A stretch of 54,914 nucleotides of DNA from the NCBI GenBank assembly GCA_026026165.1, contig JAPEUD010000002.1, positions 744,001 through 798,914 of the forward strand, given 5' to 3'. Below, one piece after another: positions 16,397 to 25,766 of this stretch. The first letter of the stretch is position 1; each line of letters begins with the position of its first letter. Origin of the DNA: Sarea resinae (lineage: Eukaryota). The notes under the pieces are model-generated. The model saw only the letters and a list, made by a program, of their open reading frames with translations. It ran no database searches and had not been told where the DNA came from. A program made the translations under genes and the position numbers.

Positions 16397-17752
16397 ATGC
16401 CTCTCAACTACAGCGCCGCCCATTCCTCGCGCATCAAGAAGCGCCCCGCCGCCACCAACCCGCTCCGTCGCTCCTCGTCCTCGCCCTTCTCCTCCCATGC
16501 CCGCCGCAAAGCCATCTCCCGCACGCCCTCCAAGCCAGACTCGCCCTCCCTCTCGCGATCCACCTCCTCCAAACTCCCCCACAACGATCACCACCACGAC
16601 GACGAAGATGTCGACGACGAAAGCACCTCCCTCCTCTACAATACGCGCCCGACCTCATCCCTCACAAGCACGCTTTACCCTCTCCGAAAAACCCTACCGC
16701 CCCGCACCGTTCTCGAGGCCATCCACCACATCCAGCAGACCATGTTCACGCCGGTGCCAGACGAGCGTAGCGGTATGAACTCGACGCGCATCGCCGAGAT
16801 CCTCAACTACCGCCTGCATCTGCCGCCCATCGTCACGATCGCCCACATCCACGCCGTGCTCGACGCGCCCACGGCCACGGAGCGCGAGATCGCCCATCTC
16901 GTCCAGCGCGGCGTGCTGCGAAAGTTGCGTATCCCCGGACGAGCGGGCGGTGGCGTGGGCGCCATCGGCGAAGGCGTGGTGTTGATGAGCGACTGGGAGA
17001 GGTGCGTGCGGGACGCTGCTGCTGCTGCCAACGAAGAGGAAGAAGGGCTCGACGACGGCATCAAGGAGAAATACATCCATCTGCTCCACACGTACCCGTC
17101 CTCCCTCACCATCCCGGCCGCCCTCCTCTCCGCGCGCGAAGTCCACGCCCTGATGCGCGCCGGCTTCCTCACCCGCACTTCCAACACGTCGCTCCTGCCG
17201 GCCGCGTCCTCGACCCGCACGGCCTTTGCAGCCCCATCAGCACCGACGGCGATCTCGTCCTCGGGTTCGCTAGCACCGTCCGGAACCCTCGGCGCCATCG
17301 GCGGCCAAAACGCTCTCCTCGACTCGGGCGGCGGCGGGGGCGGCATCGGCTCGACCGTGTCGCGCTCCAAGCGCGGCAGCACGTCGGCGGCCAACGAACT
17401 CCTGACCCCCTCGCTGCCCTCGACGGGCCCGTACGTCCGGCTCCTCCTGACCTGCCGCACGCAGTTGCTCGCCCTGCTCGGCCGCAGCAAACACTCGGTC
17501 GCGCCGCTGCCGCTGTTGCGCGAGCGCTGGGACGGCGGCGTGGCCAGCGACGACAAGGCCGCGAGCGTGGGCAAGCGCGTGCGCGGCGAGTTCGCCGGCC
17601 TCCTCCCCGGCCGCACGCGCAAGTGGCGCGCGTACTGGGGCGTCGACTTTGCCTGGGTTGTGGGCGAGTGCGTGGGCGGCGGCTTGGTCGAGGTTCTGGA
17701 CGGCGCTGGGCTTGGTAGTAGTGGTGGCATCGTCAGGGCGACGGGGAACTGA
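16397..17752 (+). CDS. STK19-like winged-helix nuclear protein (Stk19 family); intronless
   Basis: 451 aa ORF with GC-rich codon usage. Motifs LPPIVTIAHIHA, TEREIAHL..GVLRKL, LMRAGFLT, LSLP.TGPY-like, LRERWDGG and C-terminal GVDFAWVVGECVGGGLVE resemble the fungal Stk19 family (recognised from memory). Confidence 0.75.
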   Translation: MPLNYSAAHSSRIKKRPAATNPLRRSSSSPFSSHARRKAISRTPSKPDSPSLSRSTSSKLPHNDHHHDDEDVDDESTSLLYNTRPTSSLTSTLYPLRKTLPPRTVLEAIHHIQQTMFTPVPDERSGMNSTRIAEILNYRLHLPPIVTIAHIHAVLDAPTATEREIAHLVQRGVLRKLRIPGRAGGGVGAIGEGVVLMSDWERCVRDAAAAANEEEEGLDDGIKEKYIHLLHTYPSSLTIPAALLSAREVHALMRAGFLTRTSNTSLLPAASSTRTAFAAPSAPTAISSSGSLAPSGTLGAIGGQNALLDSGGGGGGIGSTVSRSKRGSTSAANELLTPSLPSTGPYVRLLLTCRTQLLALLGRSKHSVAPLPLLRERWDGGVASDDKAASVGKRVRGEFAGLLPGRTRKWRAYWGVDFAWVVGECVGGGLVEVLDGAGLGSSGGIVRATGN

Positions 17753-18708
17753 TGATTCGTCCTCACTTTTCGCCGCGAACCCTGGCTGGGCTCGGCTCGG
17801 CCGTTTTCTGGATCCCATCTGTTTGTCCATCTCTTCTTATCCGATTTATCTGCCGTTTTGCGTTGGGCGTTTGGGCATTTGGCGCTTTGCGCTCGGCGTT
17901 GGGCGCTTCGCGTTGGGCGTTCTGCGGTCCGCGCACCTACACTTGACCTTTTGCGCGCATCTGGAATCCACGGAATTGATCTAGACTTGTACGAAGTATG
18001 TACTGCATCTCAATAGAAACGCCAGTCCACGGCTATCCCTCCTCTCAACCAACGAAACAATGAACCGAAGAATCAACGAATCAACGAATCGACATCCACC
18101 GACAAGCACCAGCCATGATCCCTATCCATCTATCCTCCTACCGCCCAGCCGAGCAACGGGACAAGAGACCGCGGGGGGTGCTGGGGTTGGGTCGGCATCG
18201 AGCTGACCCAGAAAGCTTGGCAAAACAGGAGGCCGGGAACAGCAAGAGTTTCTGGCATGTTTGTTCATCTTTGTTGTCATTCTCTCCTCTCCTATCCTAT
18301 CCTATTCTCTCCTATCCTACTCTGATGATCACTGTATGTCCATTGACTCACCCCTTTCCCTCCCTCTGTCTCTTCTGCTCCTTCCCCCTATTCACACCCC
18401 TACTCTTCCATCTCCATCCCGCAACCTCAAGCGAAAGTGGTATCTACATGACGAAAATGAAAAACGAGAGCGAAAACAGAACGATAGTGGATCATTGGAG
18501 ACAAGCAAAAACGCCGGGAAATGAGATGGACGATGCTCGCTTCGTACGATGCGGTGATGCAGATGCTGCGCTCGCCAGAAGACATGAACAATGAAGAAAG
18601 CAAAGAAAATATAGCCACACGACACCGAGAGAACAGACCGTTGGGAAGAAAAACGCCATAACGTGCACGAGCCTCTCCCCTCTTCTCACTCTCTCTCTCT
18701 CTCTTGAT

Positions 18709-20652
18709 TTAAACAAGAACACCCCTCCACCCGCCACCGCCATCGATATCGACCAACCTCCCCATCTCTGCAACCCCGTCCCAACCCAGCATGACACCCA
18801 AGGCCCGGCACCCCGCCGCGCCTATCGTACACACGACGCGGTCCATGTGGCCCAGCACCGCCAAATCGAGTAGATACGCGCGCCCGACCAATTCCCGCAG
18901 CCGGAGCGCGAGTTCGGGAATAGGAGCCTCGCCATCGTCGTTATCAGCAGCGGTGTGCGTGCGACTCGAGGGATCAGACGCCCGGACCGCAGACCGGGCT
19001 GTCGGGTTGGGTGTCCCCGGTTGGTTCGACGAGGATGACCCCGTGTCTTGTCCCAGCGACCAGAAAATGTCTTTGAAGAAGCCGCCTTCCCAACCAATGG
19101 TCTCGTCGATATAGGGGTTCTGCTTCGGCTCCGATGAGGCGGCGTCTAGGGCATTTTTGGACGCAAGCAGGATCAAATCCTGGGCGCGCAGGCTGTTGGG
19201 GGGCATGAATTCGGGTGAGTCGTAGACATCTGGATCGTCGGATGCCAGGACTAGTTTGGATGAGCTGATGGGGTCAAAGGACGAGGACGAGATTGTGGTT
19301 TTGTTGGCGTGCGAAAGAACGAGTTCTCTGGCGGCTTCGAGGTAGCGATCAAGCGGGATGTAAGATTCGTGGTATTGGTATTCCAAGGGGTGTCGGTCAC
19401 CGCGACGGACGTGGATTCCCACGGTCAAACCACCATTCTCGGTGGTACCGGCCTTGAGGACTCGCACACGGTTGGCGACGTAGTTTGCGTTTTCGGGCTG
19501 GAGATGGAAGAGAGCTTCGTAGCCGTCTCTTAGCAGAGCGAAGATGCGTTTTTCTCGCTTGATGTCCGATTTTGCGTGTGAATCTTGGAATTCTGAGAGG
19601 AAGGCCGTGCCGAATGTCCAATGGCTGGTTGCCGCTGAGACGAGAAGGTGACGAGCGTGATGCGGACAAGGGATGATCCGTGTCTTTGGTGGGGGAAGGC
19701 AGGACGGAATCGGTGGAGGGGTGAAGTACGTGCTGTATTTTCCGTAGGCCCTAGTTGATACAATCAGCCTTCGTCCAAGGGTCAGAAATACGAAAAATTG
19801 CTGGACACACCAATGCGAGTCGTCGAGGAAAAAGGCTCGTCCCTCCTTCTTGGCCAAGCCATAGGCCATCCACATCCCCATCAACATCTTCCCCAAGCCT
19901 GCCTCGGATCCATCCATCACATACGTCAGACTCGTCTCGCACTCCTTGGCCTCTCCTTCCGGTGAAGTCTTCTCGATCGCTCTCATAATTGCTTGCTCGT
20001 TGCCTGTGAATGCTCCCCACACCCTCTGTGACTCTGCGTGCTCACCCCACGGTAGCAACCCCTCCTCTTCTGCCTCAGCGACATCCAGAAAATTCGGGTC
20101 GATGTGATAATAGGGATGATGGGAGCTGGGATCAGGGCTTTTGTTCTTATTCACTTTCTGTATCACTGCGGCCGACTGCTCGCAGATATCCTGATACTCC
20201 TTTGCGCGTAATGGGAAGTTGTGCCACGGTGGGATCGAAACCGTCCATCTGGCCCGTCCTCTCTTATCCACCACCATAACGGCCGAAGGATCCTGACTGG
20301 CCGACCCATCCCCGGCTAGCTCATATATCGCCTTCTCGTGGGCTGACGGACCCATCGGACTAGAGATTCGCTCTACATCGAATAGTGAGACGACACACCA
20401 CAACAGCAAAGCCACACTGCAGAACCAGAACCCCAGCCTCACAAGACTTTTGTACCGCCGTGGCGATGGTTTCTTGCCATGTCGAGGTGTCAGAGAAGGA
20501 AGCCCAGGCGATGGGGGAGGTGTTTCGAGAAGATGGCGAAGGCTGAACTTGGACGAGATAGAAGGCATTGGTTGCTGTGGACCGGGAGGGTGAAGATGTT
20601 GGGGACGACGACTCGACATCCTGATGGGATTCTGTCTCGATGACAGGATCAT
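18709..20652 (-). CDS. Type II membrane protein with a fucosyltransferase-like (GT23/GT11-type) GIHVRRGD motif; 1 intron
   Basis: Basic N-tail, one hydrophobic segment (LGFWFCSVALLLWCVVSLF), GIHVRRGD, VLASDDP, LDLAVL..VVCT. A 60-nt in-frame intron at 19751-19810 restores HW/AYG. Confidence 0.7.
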   Translation of the reverse strand: MILSSRQNPIRMSSRRPQHLHPPGPQQPMPSISSKFSLRHLLETPPPSPGLPSLTPRHGKKPSPRRYKSLVRLGFWFCSVALLLWCVVSLFDVERISSPMGPSAHEKAIYELAGDGSASQDPSAVMVVDKRGRARWTVSIPPWHNFPLRAKEYQDICEQSAAVIQKVNKNKSPDPSSHHPYYHIDPNFLDVAEAEEEGLLPWGEHAESQRVWGAFTGNEQAIMRAIEKTSPEGEAKECETSLTYVMDGSEAGLGKMLMGMWMAYGLAKKEGRAFFLDDSHWCVQQFFVFLTLGRRLIVSTRAYGKYSTYFTPPPIPSCLPPPKTRIIPCPHHARHLLVSAATSHWTFGTAFLSEFQDSHAKSDIKREKRIFALLRDGYEALFHLQPENANYVANRVRVLKAGTTENGGLTVGIHVRRGDRHPLEYQYHESYIPLDRYLEAARELVLSHANKTTISSSSFDPISSSKLVLASDDPDVYDSPEFMPPNSLRAQDLILLASKNALDAASSEPKQNPYIDETIGWEGGFFKDIFWSLGQDTGSSSSNQPGTPNPTARSAVRASDPSSRTHTAADNDDGEAPIPELALRLRELVGRAYLLDLAVLGHMDRVVCTIGAAGCRALGVMLGWDGVAEMGRLVDIDGGGGWRGVLV

Positions 20653-22759
20653 GTCTAGATTTTGTTTCTGCGGGAGATGTGAATGTACTGGCCACGGCGC
20701 TGCCGAGGACCAAACGGTGAATATGAATAATACAAGTGACTGGTCGGTCGACGACCAGACTTGGGAAAGGGAATAGTGGTGTGCCCTGCACTTATTACGA
20801 TGTCCGGGACATCAGACGGGAGGGTTGGCGGTGCAGAGGGAAGAGATTGAGGCTACAGCAGGGTTCGGTCAGCGGTTCAATTCAAAAGACGAGAGACAGG
20901 ACAAAGAAGAGCAGAGCCTACCGAGAATCGCCAGAGTGTACGGTTCAAGGGAGAAAAAGAAATCACATCGAACAGCGGCGTGCCATTCCTATCCTATCTT
21001 ATCCAGTCATCTCTGATCCTGTTCAGACCGAAGGAGAAGGAGATGATGCTAAATTCCACATGGCTGTGATGTCGAGCGTGGAAGACGAGAATGCCAAGAA
21101 GAATCCGTCGGTAGTCACCAAGAAAAGAAAGAAGAGAAGAAGAAGGGTCTGCCAATGCGATGTGGCAGGTAGGATGCGGAGTGCATGGGCTGATGGATTG
21201 ATGGATTGATGGATTGATGGATTGACGGCGTCGAGATCGCCAGAGTAGCGTCAGCTGTACGGAGCAGGTACAGCGTCGAGTAGTACTCCGAGTAGCAGCC
21301 ATGATCCATCAAAGGCAGGCAATAAGAGTGATGGCAGCCAATGCCGAGTCATGATCATGGAAGGGATACATAATAGTGGCCAAAGTGGCCATAGTGGCCA
21401 TGGCTGCCCGTCGAGTGGTAGCGGCACGATGATGATGAAGTGTACGAGAGTGCTCTAGTCGTGACCGGGAAGGAGCGAACGAGGGTCCGCTACTCGAGTC
21501 CGCAGCAGGGTCCGCCCATCGGCTAACACATCTGAAACCGCCAGTTTAGACTCTTTTCCGCCCTCGAGTCCAACGGGATCCCTTCCGAGGCATCGAGCGG
21601 CGGAGTCTCTCCTCGCAAAAGATCTTCGGTGGCTGCGTCATGTCATGTACAATACCCACCTCACTCCCGACCGACCGCTCATGATCACCTGCAACGATTT
21701 CGGAGTAGTTCCTCCGTTCGCGGACGAGGAACCAGTACTCTAGGTAACCAACTCCAGGACTGCTCCCCTCTCCTCTTCTCCATAGCTTCATCAAAAGGAG
21801 CCACTGTAATGGTGACCATGAGCGTGACGGTGACGGTGACAGTGACAGAGCCAACCACCTCAAGTACGAAGTTACCTCCTACTCCAACAGACCCCACGCC
21901 GACTAAGGTACTCTCTATTACTGCAGTACTCCTCGCACCGAGCGAGCGAGCGACACGCCCGAACCACCTCATCCCCCTCTCCACCCCCAACCAACCGAGC
22001 TCAATGGAACCCACCTGAAACAGACGCCGTCGCATCGGCACCCAGCCAATCCAGCTGCCGGATCAGCCATCGACTGCAGCACATCTAGTAGTACATCATA
22101 CTCCACGACGACTCTATACTCTACTGTACGGCGCAGTAGATGGGCGGTTATAACCAACGTAGACAGCTACTCGAGTAATGACTGGAGGCTTCCTGGAGAG
22201 TACGCTGTGCGCTGTGCGTCTAGCTTGCCTACTAGGTAGCTACTGGATATAGGTACGAATGTGCAACAGAAACCAAAGGGCGTCCCGGCTCCCGCACGAG
22301 ACCGATTAGATACCGAGGGTTAGGCCTCGATCAGGCACGCAGCCAGGATAGCTCGCTTTACTGTACGTACTCGGAGTAGTCGACCATCTCGAGGGCCAAG
22401 GGGCCAAGCCAGGCCAAGCCAAGCCCGGCCAAAAAACAGATGAAGAGCAAGAAAGTGAAATCGATCAAACTCAATCAACGAATGCTAGGAGATAGAGGAC
22501 AAGGGGCCAAGGAAATTCAAGGAAACCTACGAAGAAAAACCATACTCTATACATTATCAAGATCGTAGAAATCGGGTGGTTCCCTTTCCGTCTTCAGACC
22601 GGAGCGAGCGCCGCTCTATCAGGAGCCGAAGGCGAGCAGTCCTAAACACTGCTATGCTGCTCTCCCACTCCTCACCTCGCTCGATTGTTCCTCACCTATA
22701 TTCAATCACAGCCCATTGATATCTCATGTGTTGACCAGTTACACTTAAGATGGGACAGC

Positions 22760-23600
22760 TGCCATTCCCATGTTTTGGCAAACTTAGACGACGACACCTG
22801 AGTTTGATGACGGCGGGATTGGTGACGCACAGATCATCGAATGACTCGGTCCTTCGAACAGATCGTCTTCTTCCTTCCTCAACAAGCCACCCTTGCTCAG
22901 AAATACGCTGCGGACTTTACAATCCAGCTCGACAGCACGCATTCAACAAGCAAGCAGAAGCTGACTCTTGATGCCATGATTGGCATTAGCAATATACGCG
23001 GCGACACAAACAACGCACCCGAATCTGTTCCGTTGATGTATTTTGTACATGAAATCCGAGTTGCAGATGCCAGGCGAACACTGATTGACGCGGCTTCAAG
23101 GTCACCCTGGCCAGCAGATCGTCACCCCAGAGTTGTCGTCTGGTTTTGTATAACGGCTTGTGGCAGCGCTTCCGCGATCCGCTCTCGGAGGCGCCATTCA
23201 GCAGTACTGCCAGTGGCACGCTGTCGAGGCGATCAAGAAGCTCATCAAGCACAAGCTGGGTGGCGAGAGAGCAGCAGAGGCAGCAAATCTTGCGTGGCAG
23301 TGGAGCACGTCGGCCACAGCGGATGACGTTGCAGCCAATCGAGCGGCATTGCTTGAGGCTCTCCCAGAGGAAGTCGATTATCTGCGGAAATGCTACCTCG
23401 TGCACGGACAGGCTCTAGTGCTGTATTACGTGCAGCAGCCAACCCGACGAGTCTGAAAACGACGCTGTCAAGGTGTCTCCGCACACCAGCAGTTAGCTCT
23501 ACCAGAAGCTTTCGCGGCTTTAAAAAGCACGTTCTAACACGCTTCCGCGAAGCAGAGGCGTCAGATGTAGAATCCCAGCTCGCCTCCGTACGTGGGATTG
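22760..23600 (+). mobile_element. Degenerate Mutator-like (MULE) DDE transposase remnant
   Basis: Overlapping frameshifted ORFs 22841-23326 and 23160-23456 read EQIVFF..LAQKYAADFTIQLDSTHSTSKQKL..IGISN..PL.YF..E, P.VV, AAL..IQQYCQWHAVEAIKK, then HQQLALPEA in a later frame. This matches the fungal MULE layout (D-x-T-x-x-T, CxxH). Stops and frameshifts are present; no TIRs found. Confidence 0.75.
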
Positions 23601-23647
23601 CGCAACAAGAGGTTGAAAAACAGCAGAATGGGATGCACAGACACCAA

Positions 23648-24948
23648 TCATTCTTCAAGTAAGTCATGCCACTCCGGAATCTCCTTGACGAGACTCCACA
23701 TGTACTTCTCCAGCTTGACGGCACACTTGGCGTACACCGTTGTTGCGTCATTATACTGCCGGCAATTACTATAAATCAACTTCAGATCGCCGACAAGGTC
23801 TTTCGGAGTAGTATAAAAACCATGCTCCAATCTTTCTTCCATAGTCGACAAATCCATTGGTGACGTAATGACATTGTAGTAATCAGCGACTTCGTCTCTG
23901 TTGACCGGCTTGAGGAAGGGCCATGCTTGTTTGTGGTTTTGGATTTGATACAGAAAACGTCGAAGTTCGTTGAACTGAAGTCCGCGGTGTGGTTCCCGTA
24001 CTAATTCGTCCATTTCTGGAGACCAGCCACTTGCTCGAATGGCAGGGATAGATAGTGGATCGATTGGAGTGACAACACCGTTGGTCCATTGCTGAGGCGG
24101 TTGGTGGATGATGTGGCTTTTGCTCAAGGCACGAATCTTGGCTCGTACGGTTTCCTTCTGCTTGAAAATCATCCGGCCAACTTCGAGATAACGCATTCTA
24201 GGAAGCATAGTGCATAGCATGAGTGTCCTTCCTTCGTAATCTTTGATATACCCCATCCAAACAGGCTTGGGGAGAGTGATCTCTTTGGTAAAGCCTTGTT
24301 TTCGAAAATACCCCGTGGCATAATTATCGGCGTAAGTTAGAAAATGCATCACTGGGGAAGTAGCTTTGACATAATCCTTCAAATGCTCCATGAGAAGCGA
24401 TCCGTATCCTTTCACCTGTTGATCCGATGACACGGCGCAAAAGACGATTTCAGCAAACTGGTGGTCTCGGAATTCTCGGAATGATATTTCGCCAATGACC
24501 TCCAGAGGCATTTTGACGAGGGCGAGAGACAGATGAGTGCGATCGTAGACGAGACGTGCGATGTAATCTTTGGGCATTTTCGGAAGTTGCTTTTGGAACA
24601 GGTTCTTGAGACCGGTAAGGATGATCATACTCTCTCTGGTGCCATCATTATTGACAACTCGGAATTCGATCTCGCCATTTCGTTCTTCCAAAACTGCAGG
24701 CTTTAGAACCGTTAGAACGTTTCCTGTCATTCAAAGGTACCTTACTACTAGCATACCTTCTCTGGGAAAAGAACCCTCCAGGTTGTAGTCGGAGCTTGAA
24801 CTTCCGGTTCTGTCAACCTATCATCGAAGCCTTTGATTCTTTTGGGATCAGGGGCGGTTTTCGGTTCTTCGGAAGCCGCGCGCTTCGCAACGAGGACATT
24901 TTGCCCGCGGTTGGCTGGAAATAATGAGTGCGACTCTGCTTTGTCCAT
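23648..24948 (-). CDS. GCN5: GCN5-family histone acetyltransferase (GNAT + bromodomain), divergent copy; 1 intron
   Basis: MDKAESH..FPEK|intron ~24702-24757|[49 protein letters not shown], bromodomain [21 protein letters not shown]. Confidence 0.93.
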
Positions 24949-25766
24949 CTGCGTCGAATGCCGGCGAACTAGACTCTCGATGGGTAATATCCAAACTAGT
25001 GTCAGACCCTTTCTGGCCGCCTCAGGTGGGCTGGGCGAGCTGAGGGGCCAACCGAGGGGGTCCAACCGATCAACCCCGGGAGCAAAAGCAGCGAAACTCG
25101 CTAACCTTAGAACTGATCGGGGCCTTGAATTCCAACATACCTCATGATGCTCCCTCCCTACCTCGGTAGGTACCTTCCACAAAGGGTCGCATATGGACTA
25201 GGTACGGTATCAGCCTCGTGTATCAAATGCAAGCTGCACCTTCGTCACGAATCTCTTTCAAGCAAGCATAATGGGCCCCATCACCAACAGCACAGCCTCA
25301 GCATCGCAGACGCGCGAAAGAGATAATTAATACCCTCCCTCCCAACTTGGTAGTAAATTCTAGTAGTACAGTGAAAATGAAGCCTTCACCGTGTCTTTCG
25401 GTGCGCCTCTAGAGCGAAGATAAGGAAATTCCAGAAAGGAATCGCGCCAGGAGCATTGGAACAATCTCGGAATGTGGTCAAAGACGGATCGGATCCGGCC
25501 AGAGACAGTCAGGACGCCGCGACCCTCCGTTCCCATTGGATTTAACCCGTGACAACATGAACACAAAAAAGAAAGGCGGCGCAAGAAAAGAGGAAACTCC
25601 AGAACCACATCAAATCCCTAGGCCGCTAGACAGAGAAGCGCCGGCATGATGAGAACAAAACAAAGAAGCGAATGGCGGAAGTGTCTCTAAGATGACACAA
25701 CGGGGTATCAGCCATTGAGAGCTCAATAAACAGAAATTCGATAAAGCGGTCCAAACACCAAGAGGA

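Noticed and set aside
21546..22157. Short ORFs with VTVTVT/Thr-Pro-rich translation
   Set aside because: Produced by GTGACG-type simple repeats; no convincing start, splice signals or domain.
22612..22645. CAGGAGCCGAAGGCGAGCAG resembling SRP RNA helix 8
   Set aside because: Spacing does not fit CAGG-N3-GNRA-N3-AGCA, and no Alu domain or Pol III terminator context is evident.
22509..25431. 10-bp direct repeat AAGGAAATTC (22509-22518 and 25422-25431) bracketing the MULE-GCN5 unit as a possible TSD
   Set aside because: No inverted termini inside the repeats, the A-rich 10-mer can match by chance, and the right copy may lie in the kipA 3' UTR. Needs an empty-site comparison.
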